Assembly: GCA_963682135.1 (NCBI GenBank)
Contig: OY821645.1
Location: forward strand, 1,792,001 to 1,856,000
DNA length: 64,000 nucleotides
Origin: Methanothrix sp.
Lineage (GTDB): Archaea > Halobacteriota > Methanosarcinia > Methanotrichales > Methanotrichaceae
Direction: 5' to 3'
Each line of letters starts with the position of its first letter. Positions within the stretch are counted from its first letter, which is position 1. Positions 19,901-29,118 of the stretch are shown piece by piece. Position numbers and translations under genes: made by a program. The notes beneath the pieces were generated by a model, which saw only the letters and a program-made list of their open reading frames with translations, searched no databases and was not told the DNA's origin.

Positions 19901-20281
19901 TGTAGATGCTATGGCGAATATAGATGCATAGAATATCATCTGTTTTTCAAATGGGACCGAAACCGACTTAAGGTACTTTTTTGATACGTAATTAAATAAA
20001 ACAAATAATATGCAGAATAGTAATATTGCGCCTAATATGAACTCAACATACAACTGCGTCCGAAGCGCCGTATCCACACCAGAGATGACGGCAATCCCAA
20101 GGGTCCTGTCCTTGAAGTTGGTCAATTCAAGGGCATTGTTATTTATCAAGTACTGCAAGATAAATACTATTATGCTTAGAGTCAGCGAGGCACTCAAAGT
20201 GATCGCACATGGATCAATGCCGCCTATGCGCTCTTCCTCTGCAATCAGCTCGTCCTTGCATTCCGAGCGTTTTATATCCAT
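16952..20281 (-). CDS. Very large multi-pass membrane protein, probable GT-C sugar transferase with extracellular beta domains
   Basis: Many TM segments; YDMFHQGE loop motif; FFDFTNSPMLY; soluble C-terminal region; directly downstream of a GtrB-like GT2. Confidence 0.65.
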   Translation of the reverse strand: MDIKRSECKDELIAEEERIGGIDPCAITLSASLTLSIIVFILQYLINNNALELTNFKDRTLGIAVISGVDTALRTQLYVEFILGAILLFCILFVLFNYVSKKYLKSVSVPFEKQMIFYASIFAIASTFLYVSSNWQEIFLNNLLLLYFIIILLISFVLIKVAAYYRGWMGVSDAFSREIITLSLIFPYIAYVACLTLFNMSLSFFNDGHHYFILFILWLTFIGGYYLLNRTCIGFEGHDLLVSNLIVLSFIPALLIPISIPLSNELQYTLSGMVHIEPRLLSSIIVALLLLSSLVLFVVLLKKERTKVRSARVIAELYFPIIIATATLFRYYQHLLVIGQYDMFHQGELLISNQQLFSFGSLPYIGIYPTHGLSEMYYLVLYSLANGYNPVEPLLWAWITPVIVSVLVYFILKNIIDPAFSLMAMLLVPILDLVGGYYYYAFCMLIALGLIWMLKRLTLFRSCVFWITMIFLLFWRLDFGIAALAGIIFIFSIIYAKNVFIKSLDRIGIYNLSLSFLIITILSLAIFALLATANSESIGQIILQNIQFAVYQSQVASYVAIASSYSNLAMLQYSLLPCISVIYVIYFILIVFMRQEEPYERQIILVFLAIFSLIMSIRSVQRHSLLESYNSYLFVFLLICMPFYFNFKRNLSRVLCLGLLLAYLLAIPSYTIMFNNQDGDFFDYHDWQNKEKRVHDNKSQYQDIVSFIDHSLEKNQTFFDFTNSPMLYVLADKKHIPYIIPNLYQTSDLMQNVTIEKLENYHDKGDLPVVIFKQGNWWDFVDGIPNEVRSYRIAEYIYQNYRPIGTVNQYQIWTEKNSSIVDVFRTNEIIKPINFKPKEMRSCDINRTSEDKLEFLCGNYDPQLSNFLDLASLGPLNRTAYSNLIIRYNSSLAGRLQLFFGYNGSEFGEYSCGVNLINRSCSTGNYSEVSVPLTYGKIGLTDVRFDPPDSSIFEVQSVQLDERNTPLNNIPPQDLQQDFDLKILPYIWGKYDERKASLLTKILENIRMTKTRISKDEELTLPIDPNMDKSSGNYIHIKMKSETNGNVSLSYGKGLKSSIKFRVLPTKEYEDYLIRISSQFLWMNEPIDSISIKPNEDVEIAQVLIRKGD

Positions 20282-20282
20282 A

Positions 20283-21227
20283 TCATTTGCGCCCCTGCTT
20301 TCCTTTATGCCGTTCTACAGAACGCACGATGTAATTTGGTCTGCTTTTGGCTTCAACGAGAATAATCGATATGTATTTTGATTGCAGCCCTAGAACCATA
20401 AAGACACCAGAGAAACAAAATGACATGAACAGCACCTGAGTTGTCCAGCCAGGAACCACGCCGCTCTGGATGGTGTAGATGGCCAGGGCATAGAGGCCCA
20501 ATAATAAGGATATCAGAAGGAATAGAAAGGACATGGCTGCAGAGATGTCTGTCCCAATATTAGAGAAAGAGACAAAGATGTCCATTGCCAGATGCATCTT
20601 TTCTCTAAGACTTAAACCTCGGATGTCAGAGGCGGATGTCACAGGCTCATAATTCAATATCCTGCTGGGGAAACCGGAAAACTTGTAGAGAATTTTTCTA
20701 TATATTATCTGCTCGTTCATTCCTAAAATAGAATTTAATGCTCTGCGGGAAATTATCCTTGCAGTTTCTTTATGGACATCAAAGGGCAAATAAGATATCC
20801 TATTAAACAGCTTGAAGAATAGCTTATCTGCCATATTTTGATTGCTCGATGGAGATGCAGCGACAATGTCAAAGCCTTTGCCTGCCTCCTTGAATAGGTC
20901 ATAGAGCAAATCCAGAGGATAATTCACCTTATCTATCTCGATTTCAAATACATAATCGCCAATGGCCAGATCAACTCCTGCCATCACGCCCTTCTCCGGC
21001 CCGTGCCTCCAGGCCAGATTCACTACAGTTATATCCCTGTTCAGACTCTGGGCTGATGCCTTTAGCTGCTCATCACTTCCATCCGAACTGAAATCATTTA
21101 CCACTATTATCTCATAGTTATCGAACTTATCCCCCATAAAGCCGTCTAATGCCAGGAGGGACTGAGGGATTTTCGAGGCACCGTTCTGTAGATAAAGGAC
21201 AACAGATACGAAGGCTTTCTCTTTCAT
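20283..21227 (-). CDS. GtrB/ArnC-like GT2 with two C-terminal TM helices (atypical DxD region)
   Basis: YEIIVVNDFSSDGS, AGVDLAIGDYVFEIEID, VPGWTT and EAKSRPNYIV. Confidence 0.82.
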   Translation of the reverse strand: MKEKAFVSVVLYLQNGASKIPQSLLALDGFMGDKFDNYEIIVVNDFSSDGSDEQLKASAQSLNRDITVVNLAWRHGPEKGVMAGVDLAIGDYVFEIEIDKVNYPLDLLYDLFKEAGKGFDIVAASPSSNQNMADKLFFKLFNRISYLPFDVHKETARIISRRALNSILGMNEQIIYRKILYKFSGFPSRILNYEPVTSASDIRGLSLREKMHLAMDIFVSFSNIGTDISAAMSFLFLLISLLLGLYALAIYTIQSGVVPGWTTQVLFMSFCFSGVFMVLGLQSKYISIILVEAKSRPNYIVRSVERHKGKQGRK

Positions 21228-22345
21228 CCTACAATCATCTCCATATCATAGACGGTATTTATTTTGCCAGAGAGAACTGCTGCATAGCCCGGATCTTTGG
21301 AGAAGGATCTTATCAATGTAGGCCTGGAATCGTCGATCTCGGAGGCTCGCAGTATGGGTTTGATGGCAAATAGCGAACACTTATAATCAATTTTGATATC
21401 TGGTCGGAGGTATTTCCTCGCCAGTTGATTCATATAAGGAAACGCAGTTGCAGGTTTTGCCGGGCATGTGTTGCAGTTCTGAAGATGGGCAGTAGTGCAG
21501 CTTCTATTAAATTCCTGGCAGCCAAAACGAGGCAGATCCTCATAGCATGATACATGAGGGGTAAATGTGACCGATGTAAGGGTGTGCGTATCAGAAATGC
21601 CGAAAGGCATAACCGAAAAGAATGGGCCATCCATAACTGTGATGCCCACATCGGATATGTTCCTGCTGACATTGCAGAGTATGACCTCTGCAATCTCATA
21701 CTTTATACGAAACATCTCCTGGCCAAATAATTTATTGATTTGATTGATCGAGGCATAGGTACTGTTCAAGACGTTATGAGCTTTTAATATAGAGCCATTA
21801 TTTAATTTCAATTTAAATAACTTGTCCGACTTCTCTGCGCGTTCAATAAATGAATTGAACCGGAATTCTACATTCAGTGTATCTTTGAGAAGCCTCTCCA
21901 GATGATTACTGATCCTCTGCGCATCAAAGGCATACTCCCTGGTTTCAAAGGCCGCTTCAACTGCATTTTCATTAAAATATTTATCGGGCTCAACTTCTTC
22001 GCATGGTATCTTAGCCTGATAACAGAATTTTTGAAATTGACTGGCCGAGGTCAATGAATACCTGCTTGAAATGGCATAAATTTTCTTGAAGCTTCTATTG
22101 ATGGCAAAGCCGAAATCTTCACAGAATCGCTCAAAGTACCCACAGGACTTCACAGCTGTAGAATAGCTTCTAGGATAATGGTAGCCGAAATGAACTCTAG
22201 CCTGATTGATATAGGATGCCCTCTGAAAGGGGCGATCTTCACACTCTAAAATTACAACTTTTTGACCGGCCTCTGCAATTAGTTTGGCAGCGTACATGCC
22301 ATAGATTCCTGAGCCGATGATAGCATAATCATAATCATCGATCAA
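21224..22345 (-). CDS. FAD-dependent oxidoreductase
   Basis: AIIGSGIYG Rossmann motif; ASYINQARVHFGYHYPRS; TVMDGPFFS; VLSGKINT. TTG start. Confidence 0.85.
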   Translation of the reverse strand: MIDDYDYAIIGSGIYGMYAAKLIAEAGQKVVILECEDRPFQRASYINQARVHFGYHYPRSYSTAVKSCGYFERFCEDFGFAINRSFKKIYAISSRYSLTSASQFQKFCYQAKIPCEEVEPDKYFNENAVEAAFETREYAFDAQRISNHLERLLKDTLNVEFRFNSFIERAEKSDKLFKLKLNNGSILKAHNVLNSTYASINQINKLFGQEMFRIKYEIAEVILCNVSRNISDVGITVMDGPFFSVMPFGISDTHTLTSVTFTPHVSCYEDLPRFGCQEFNRSCTTAHLQNCNTCPAKPATAFPYMNQLARKYLRPDIKIDYKCSLFAIKPILRASEIDDSRPTLIRSFSKDPGYAAVLSGKINTVYDMEMIVG

Positions 22346-22350
22346 TTAGG

Positions 22351-22359
22351 CCCCCCCCC
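22351..22359 (-). promoter_or_regulatory. G9 homopolymer at the ribosome-binding position of the FAD oxidoreductase gene
   Basis: C9 on the + strand; the minus strand reads G9-CCTAA-TTG(start 22345). Confidence 0.5.
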
Positions 22360-22746
22360 AAAAAAGAGACCGAACTGTGGAAACGGCAAAGACTTGAATC
22401 AACATGCGTATGCAACTCTATTGAGGTTGCTCTTCAAATTTTTCCTTTAAAAATCTTTTGCTAAGGCCTTAGCTAAATATTTTTCATTTCTACAACTATA
22501 TTTAATTCCACGTATTTAAGTTCTTTGACTTATGCATCGCGACTTAGCTTTGTAGAAAGATGGGTCGTACAATTTTTTAAATAAATAAGTTAAGTACGCT
22601 ATGTCCGGGACTGTAATCAGAAAAATGGTTACTAGATAAGCAGAAATTCAGCTTTATAGGAACCATTATTGGTCACTATGAATACATATATCAGTAGATA
22701 GATATATATACATCAATAGTTAAAACGCGAGTTATTACGTACGGAT

Positions 22747-25700
22747 GTGATAAAAATGAACAAGAAAGCTATATTTTCTCTGATCATGCTTATGCTATTG
22801 GACTTTTTTTCACCAACTTCATCGGCGTCAGATAGTATGGATGACATGGCATCGAATATCGAAAACAATAGCTTAGTGGGCCAATATATCGAGGTATATA
22901 CGAGCCCTATCATCAAGGAACAATACACGATCATTAAAGACCTGTCAAATGAGACTACACTATTTAGAGATGAGAACGGCACGGTCTATAACTCCGTGGA
23001 GGAGTTAATTGTCTCTGAGAGGCCGCGTGTCTCAATAAGCTCAGAACTGCTCAAACTGGATGAAGGATTAGAGAAGGCCGTAGAGGGTGGCGAGACGAAT
23101 ATGACAGTTCCGGTCATCATTGTCTTCGTCAAGCAACCTGCGAATAATGTAAGCATAGATGTGCAGTCCAGATATGAATCGAAGTTCGAGGCAATCACTG
23201 CCCCTGCAAAAGAGATATATGAGAAACTGGAACAAACAGCATCTTCTGAGAAAGACATTGCTGCCAGCACGCAGGAACAAGAATCGCTTAGCAATGAGGA
23301 GATGGATCAGCTAAATCAGACCAAAATGAGTCTGGATCAGGAGATCACCTTGATGAGGTCGGAGATCTTGGAAACATCCACGCCGTTGGTTGATGCGATT
23401 CAAGCCCCGGTTATCGAGAAGATAAAAGCCAATGGCGGCGAAATCGGATATAGCGGGAAGATCTTCAACTCACTATCTGCCAGAGTGCCCGTTAATTATC
23501 TTGTAGAGCTATCCAAGGATCCCGCAATATCCATGATTTATGCAGATCAAATAGAAGAGGCTTACCTGGATGCTGCTATCCCTGCAATAAGCGCTTCTAC
23601 CTGGTGGAGTCAAGGATATACGGGTGGGATCTGGGATGCAGCAGTATGCGATACCGGCATCGATGGCACGCATCCAGCACTTTCGGTCGATTATGCCGGA
23701 GTTTTCCACAATCAGGGCAAGTCTAATTCTGCATATGCGGACAATCCTGCCAGTACTGACGACCTCCAAGGACATGGGACGCATTGCGCAGGAATAATAG
23801 CGAGCACAGATGCGACCTATAAAGGGGCGGCATACGGCCTGGATGCATTGATAAATGCAAAAGCTGGCTGGAAGAACACTGCTGGAAGTGGCTCTATGTA
23901 CGATAGCGATTGTATGGCGGCTGTGGATTGGGCTCTGCTTCACGCCGGTCAGGATGCTGATGTCTTGAGCTACAGCTTTGGGGGCGGCACCAATACCAAT
24001 GGCGATACAGTCCTCTGCCATTATATGGATGCTGTCGTCTTCGACCTCAATACGCCAGTGGTTGTGTCCGCAGGGAATTCTGGGCCGAGCAGCAATACAG
24101 TTGGCTCTCCTGGATCAGCGTACAACGTGGTGACGGTAGGCAATGTCAACGATCAAAACACGGTAAGTCGCACTGATGACACCATATTGTCTTCAAGCAG
24201 CAGAGGTCCTACGGGTGACGGCAGGCGAAAGCCCGACATCTCTGCGCCTGGAACATACATCAAGTCGTGCAATAACAACTGGGAGAGCACTACCCAATTT
24301 GTAGATATGACGGGAACGAGCATGTCGACACCAATGGTTGCCGGATCTGTGCTTTTAATACTTGATTACGCGGCATCTCAGTGGGACAATAGAGCAATAA
24401 AGGCGCTCCTGCTAAATACTGCAGATGATATGGGAATAACCGGTCCAGACAATGATTATGGCTATGGATACATCGAGTTGTGGCATGCAAATTTCCATCG
24501 AGGAGATGTATTTACGGGCAGCCTCGCGGCCACTCCAGAAGGTCAAGTTGAAAAATTCTATAGAGGGCCTGCGTATACAGGAGATAAGGCTACAATGGTA
24601 TGGAACAGGCACGTCACATACAACGACGCTAACGAACCTACGAACTACCTAGGCTTGAGTGACCTGGATCTACATTGGTACGACGAATCGACTGGCGCTT
24701 CAATAGATGCGTCGACCTCTAGCATCAACAATGTTGAACAAGTGAATTCCGGCGGAGATTATCCATCTTCAATAATTAAGATTGAACCGTTTTCTTCTTA
24801 TCCATCAGGGATTAACTCGGAGAGCTACGGTTTGTCCACAGAAGAAGGCTTCACGGCAGTAAGTCCTCCAGCATTGAGCGCCGCTCTCGGGGTCCCAAGT
24901 GGCACAATCGGCAGTGCAGCATCTTTTGCCGTTACAACGACAGTGACTGATACAGGAATTAACGCCCATAGCGTCAGCGCAAGTTTGAGCCTTCCCTCTG
25001 GATTCACCATCATCAGCGGCTCAAATCCACAGTTGTTGGGAACAGTAGGATCCAGCAGCAGCAAGTCAGCAACCTGGACGGTTCGAGCACCTTCAGTGGG
25101 CTCGTCTCAGAGCTATACGATATCGACATCCATTTCTTCAAGCTCTTATGGAGAAAGCTATAATGCAGCTGACTCAGAACAGATAACGGTAGGGCTAATT
25201 AGCAGCGTCCCTGATCGCCTAGGAAATTACAAGGGCAATGGCGTCTGGGGTCTGGACTATAACGGAAACGGCCAGTGGGATGGAACCAGCACAGATCGCG
25301 TGTTCTATTTCGGATGTGCCACGGATCAGCCGGTAGTAGGTGACTGGAATAACGATGGAAAGGACGAACTAGGCAACTACAAGGGCAATGGCGTCTGGGG
25401 TCTGGACTATAACGGAAACGGCCAGTGGGACGGAGACAGCATAGATCGCGTGTTCTATTTCGGATGTGCCACGGATAAGCCGGTAGTAGGTGACTGGAAT
25501 AACGATGGAAAGGATGAGCTGGGCAACTACAAGGGCAATGGCCTCTGGGCTCTGGACTATAACGGAAACGGAGCATGGGATGGAAACAGCCTAGATCGCG
25601 CGTTCTATTTCGGATGTGCCACGGATCAGCCGGTAGTAGGTGACTGGAATGGTGACGGAAAGGATGAGGTGGGCAACTACAAGGGCAATGGCCTCTGGGC

Positions 25701-25950
25701 TCTGGACCATAACGGAAACGGAGCATGGGATGGAGACAGCCTAGACCGCGCGTTCTATTTCGGATGTGCCACGGATCAGCCGGTAGTAGGTGACTGGAAT
25801 GGTGACGGAAAGGATGAGGTGGGCAACTACAAGGGCAATGGCCTCTGGGCTCTGGACTATAACGGAAACGGAGCATGGGATGGAGACAGCATAGATCGCG
25901 TGTTCTATTTCGGAGGTGCCACGGATAAGCCGGTAATCGGAAAATGGTAA
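22747..25950 (+). CDS. Secreted S8 subtilisin-like serine protease with Ig-like domain and C-terminal GDWNxDG repeats
   Basis: Signal peptide; catalytic motifs DTGID, GHGTHCAG, SAGNSG and GTSMSTP; five 50-aa repeats ending in PVIGKW. Confidence 0.92.
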   Translation: MIKMNKKAIFSLIMLMLLDFFSPTSSASDSMDDMASNIENNSLVGQYIEVYTSPIIKEQYTIIKDLSNETTLFRDENGTVYNSVEELIVSERPRVSISSELLKLDEGLEKAVEGGETNMTVPVIIVFVKQPANNVSIDVQSRYESKFEAITAPAKEIYEKLEQTASSEKDIAASTQEQESLSNEEMDQLNQTKMSLDQEITLMRSEILETSTPLVDAIQAPVIEKIKANGGEIGYSGKIFNSLSARVPVNYLVELSKDPAISMIYADQIEEAYLDAAIPAISASTWWSQGYTGGIWDAAVCDTGIDGTHPALSVDYAGVFHNQGKSNSAYADNPASTDDLQGHGTHCAGIIASTDATYKGAAYGLDALINAKAGWKNTAGSGSMYDSDCMAAVDWALLHAGQDADVLSYSFGGGTNTNGDTVLCHYMDAVVFDLNTPVVVSAGNSGPSSNTVGSPGSAYNVVTVGNVNDQNTVSRTDDTILSSSSRGPTGDGRRKPDISAPGTYIKSCNNNWESTTQFVDMTGTSMSTPMVAGSVLLILDYAASQWDNRAIKALLLNTADDMGITGPDNDYGYGYIELWHANFHRGDVFTGSLAATPEGQVEKFYRGPAYTGDKATMVWNRHVTYNDANEPTNYLGLSDLDLHWYDESTGASIDASTSSINNVEQVNSGGDYPSSIIKIEPFSSYPSGINSESYGLSTEEGFTAVSPPALSAALGVPSGTIGSAASFAVTTTVTDTGINAHSVSASLSLPSGFTIISGSNPQLLGTVGSSSSKSATWTVRAPSVGSSQSYTISTSISSSSYGESYNAADSEQITVGLISSVPDRLGNYKGNGVWGLDYNGNGQWDGTSTDRVFYFGCATDQPVVGDWNNDGKDELGNYKGNGVWGLDYNGNGQWDGDSIDRVFYFGCATDKPVVGDWNNDGKDELGNYKGNGLWALDYNGNGAWDGNSLDRAFYFGCATDQPVVGDWNGDGKDEVGNYKGNGLWALDHNGNGAWDGDSLDRAFYFGCATDQPVVGDWNGDGKDEVGNYKGNGLWALDYNGNGAWDGDSIDRVFYFGGATDKPVIGKW
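25213..25947 (+). repeat. Intragenic tandem repeat, 5 units of 150 bp (50 aa)
   Basis: TGACTGGAAT recurs at 25341, 25491, 25641 and 25791; units near-identical. Confidence 0.95.
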
Positions 25951-26003
25951 CAAAAAATGAAGCGCCTCGCATCCTTGGAGAGCAATTAATCCCAAGGGAT
26001 TTT

Positions 26004-26339
26004 TTAATTTTTGGCAATGATGGCCGCGCCAACGGAAATAAAGATTACTCCTATAATTTTTAGCAGCCCTATATTCTCTTTCAAGCAGGTTTTGCTGAGA
26101 TAGAGGCTCCAAATATATGTAATAGATGAACAAGGCAGAACGACCGTATAAGGAAGCTCAAGCAGAACAATTATATTTAAGATTGCGCTTGCAACGTAAA
26201 AGAATGTTCCAAGCAGCAGGTATTTATTAATGAGTTGAATTACCGATTTTGTTGCCCCAAATGCTGCTCTCTTGAAATAGAAGCTTCCGAGAGCACCTAA
26301 AATGGTGAACAAAACCAATAAGATATAACTAATTATCAT
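26004..26339 (-). CDS. Small EamA/SMR (ArnE/ArnF-like) flippase subunit
   Basis: Four TM segments; ELPYTVVLP...SITYIWS...LKENI...IIGV. Confidence 0.8.
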   Translation of the reverse strand: MIISYILLVLFTILGALGSFYFKRAAFGATKSVIQLINKYLLLGTFFYVASAILNIIVLLELPYTVVLPCSSITYIWSLYLSKTCLKENIGLLKIIGVIFISVGAAIIAKN

Positions 26340-26679
26340 CGCCGCTCCCAATTAGGACACAGCCTATAATAATAGCAATTAATCCAATAATTTTTCCCGC
26401 ACTCAACTCTTCCCCAAGAAACCGGAATCCTAGCAAAAAAGCTATAATGTAGCTTATGCTCATCATAGGATGTAGAACGGATAGACTTCCATGCCTATAA
26501 GCAATAATCATAAGCGTTGCACCCAATCCATAGATTACAAAACCACTTAATAAAAATAGGCAATTCTTGCCATCCGACATCTTCCACAACAACTGCCCAA
26601 TCGCCAGAGATGAAGCGGATAATACCATAAGGATAATGCCTATGCAGTTTTTCCTCAATGATTTTATAAAATTCGTCAT
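26329..26679 (-). CDS. Small EamA/SMR (ArnE/ArnF-like) flippase subunit
   Basis: IGQLLWK; AYRHGSLSVLHPMMSISY; LGEELS; overlaps its partner gene. Confidence 0.82.
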   Translation of the reverse strand: MTNFIKSLRKNCIGIILMVLSASSLAIGQLLWKMSDGKNCLFLLSGFVIYGLGATLMIIAYRHGSLSVLHPMMSISYIIAFLLGFRFLGEELSAGKIIGLIAIIIGCVLIGSGDDN

Positions 26680-26689
26680 GTCACCATTT

Positions 26690-27478
26690 TCATTTTGCAT
26701 TGTACTTATCGAGGAATAAATCAAATAATATTCGCAGAATTTTAATATTTCCTTTTACAGGGGATATCTTTGTAGGTGTTTTGGTATTCATAGGATAGGC
26801 TCTTTCTACAGGAATCTCGGTTACAAGATATCCGGCTCGAGGGGCCTTTACAGATAGGTATGCCAACAGCTCATATGTTTCAAAGATTTCTCGAAATATT
26901 TGAAGATCCTTGTCAAGCAGGAGTCTGCAAGAATATGCCCTGAATCCATTTGTGGTATCCGTATATCTAAATCCAGCCATATAAGAGATTACCGGCACAT
27001 GTATCAGCTTGATTGGGATCATCCTCATCAGGGGCGTGTTAATGGCTTTTCCGCCTGGCAAAAAACGTGATCCCTGGACAAAATCATATCCTTCGTCCAG
27101 TTTCTTAACAAAGCTAGGTATGCGAGCCACATTATCCTTATTGTTGCCATCGACGGTTATTACTCCTTTGTATCCTTGTAATATCAATGCATAATGAAAA
27201 GCCATGCGAAGCTGCGCACTTAATTTTCCTTTTCCAATTTTTGTCAGCAGAGTCCTGACACCAAAGGATCTAAGCCGTTCAATATCTACAGATCCATCGC
27301 TGCTGCCACCGTCGGCTATTATTATATCAATTGAATGGCCCAAATTGCTCATCCTCTGCAGCTGCTCAACAATCCGCGAACCTTCATTGATAACCGGGAC
27401 GCAAACACAATATTTCGTCTTCTTGGGGCGGAGCTCAAAGATCTCATATTCAGGATACTGGATCCCCAGATTATTCAT
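26690..27478 (-). CDS. Polyprenol-phosphate glycosyltransferase (DPM1-like GT2, soluble)
   Basis: VPVINEG, ADGGSSDGS, TVDGNNKD, VQGSRF and TDTTNGFRAYS. Confidence 0.88.
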   Translation of the reverse strand: MNNLGIQYPEYEIFELRPKKTKYCVCVPVINEGSRIVEQLQRMSNLGHSIDIIIADGGSSDGSVDIERLRSFGVRTLLTKIGKGKLSAQLRMAFHYALILQGYKGVITVDGNNKDNVARIPSFVKKLDEGYDFVQGSRFLPGGKAINTPLMRMIPIKLIHVPVISYMAGFRYTDTTNGFRAYSCRLLLDKDLQIFREIFETYELLAYLSVKAPRAGYLVTEIPVERAYPMNTKTPTKISPVKGNIKILRILFDLFLDKYNAK

Positions 27479-27502
27479 ATATACCCCCTCATGAATAAAT
27501 TA

Positions 27503-28309
27503 CTAAGCGAATAAGAGACTAATATCTTTCAATACGCCCTTTACGGCCTCAATATTCTGCTTTTTGGGGTTAGCTTTCATTTCAATGGATACGTACTCTA
27601 GATAATTGCGTTCACTTAAGCTGTTTATAAGATCCTTATAAATGCATCTGCTCCGATCAATAAGGTTTAAAAAAGGTTCGCTGATGTGAACATGTCCAAT
27701 ATAATCCCACCCATCGTCCAAGATCTCTTTATAGTCCTCATTATTCGCAATTATCGTTCCCGTATCAATATTTACCTTTAATCCTTTATTATCTACTTCT
27801 CTTACAAAACTAATTGCATCTCTGGTGTTGCACAAGAAGTTAGTCCCATATTCAGAAGGATTGGGCTCCATGCAGAATACAGATCCTTTTCTCGTGCAAT
27901 ATCTTCCGATTTTATCAAAAAATTCTTTTGCGTCGCCCATATAATCATAATCAGCAGGAATTATCCTATTTTTAGGAGAACCAAAAACTAGCGCCTTTAC
28001 ACCTAATTCCGCACCAATGTCGGCACATAATTGAAGGTGACCTAGGGTTTTTTCTCTTGAAATTGAATCAAAAAATAGTCTCATTTCAGAATGGCCATAG
28101 AGCAAAGATTGCATTGCGACTATATCTATATGTTTATTATTCCAGAATGATTTATAGTCGCGTAATTCATTAGCACTAATTCGAGTTATATCAGAAGAGA
28201 TCTTGCTGGGAGCAATCTCAGCTCCACCGACTCCTAATTCTTGCATTATGCAGGAAATCTCATGCTCTTCTTCCGCCTCCCAGGCAATGTTTGAAATTGC
28301 TAGCTTCAT
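27503..28309 (-). CDS. Sugar-phosphate isomerase/epimerase (xylose-isomerase-like TIM barrel)
   Basis: MKLAISNIAW, EIAP, LVFGSPKNR, MEPNP, NIDTG, HVHISEP and SIEM. Confidence 0.85.
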   Translation of the reverse strand: MKLAISNIAWEAEEEHEISCIMQELGVGGAEIAPSKISSDITRISANELRDYKSFWNNKHIDIVAMQSLLYGHSEMRLFFDSISREKTLGHLQLCADIGAELGVKALVFGSPKNRIIPADYDYMGDAKEFFDKIGRYCTRKGSVFCMEPNPSEYGTNFLCNTRDAISFVREVDNKGLKVNIDTGTIIANNEDYKEILDDGWDYIGHVHISEPFLNLIDRSRCIYKDLINSLSERNYLEYVSIEMKANPKKQNIEAVKGVLKDISLLFA

Positions 28310-29118
28310 AAAAGCTCCTTTTTCCCATAATTCTTTATTTCATTAATTATCATTTGTTTGTTATACATGTATCCATCATGTGAATTAAAGATATCACTGT
28401 ATTTAGTTTTGATATTATATTTAATTGGGTCTTTTTCCGTAATGTTATTAAAATTAATGCCAAAGCACTCTCTTGCCAGCTCATTAGCACTTATCGGTTC
28501 GGAAGTTATATTAATAGTCATAATATTGTTTTCATGGGCGATTGTGATATCATTCCACAGATGATCCAGACTATAGAATTGGAATTCGCTATCTTTATGG
28601 GTCCAGTTAAGACAATTGCTATGAATCAGATCGAATATGAAATTTTTTTTGAGCCCTGCCCCAAATAAGGCAGGCAATCGAATTATCAAATGATTTTTAA
28701 AATGTCCTCTAACAAATTCCTCTAAATGATATCTGTTCTTGCCATAAGGATGCAAGCCATCCAATTCTATTGGAGTATCTTCATTAACATTGCACACATT
28801 CCTGTAAACGTCGACAGTTGAGACATAAACAAAATACTTGGTATTAATGTCGGCTATCGAGTTTATTAAATTATTAATTTGATTCAAATCCCATTCCGGA
28901 TTTAAATTTGCTTTCCATTTCTCTGCCCCAGGCGCGGCACAAATGACCAAATCAAAAACTTTGCCCGAAGATTCATAAATATTTGATTTATTATACATGT
29001 TGTTAAAATGCATTTGATTTAATATATTAGATCCGATAAAACCAGTATACCCTATTAATGCTGATTTCTTATTGACGGACCCAGATGCATTACCCTGAAG
29101 ACTATTCGAATGAGTCAT
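28306..29118 (-). CDS. NAD-dependent epimerase/dehydratase (short extended-SDR type)
   Basis: ALIGYTGFIGS, STVDVY, HPYGKNR and IIRLPALFG. Confidence 0.85.
   Translation of the reverse strand: MTHSNSLQGNASGSVNKKSALIGYTGFIGSNILNQMHFNNMYNKSNIYESSGKVFDLVICAAPGAEKWKANLNPEWDLNQINNLINSIADINTKYFVYVSTVDVYRNVCNVNEDTPIELDGLHPYGKNRYHLEEFVRGHFKNHLIIRLPALFGAGLKKNFIFDLIHSNCLNWTHKDSEFQFYSLDHLWNDITIAHENNIMTINITSEPISANELARECFGINFNNITEKDPIKYNIKTKYSDIFNSHDGYMYNKQMIINEIKNYGKKELL

Noticed and set aside
22604-22616. TCCGGGACTGTAA resembling the IS481 end
   Set aside because: Short match, lacks the terminal ACA, and has no partner end or TSD.
25199-26032. 277-aa antisense ORF with repeats (likewise 261-728, 57663-58157, 54827-55615, 60631-61452 and 50139-50975)
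   Set aside because: Shadow frames of real genes on the opposite strand; no protein-like motifs.
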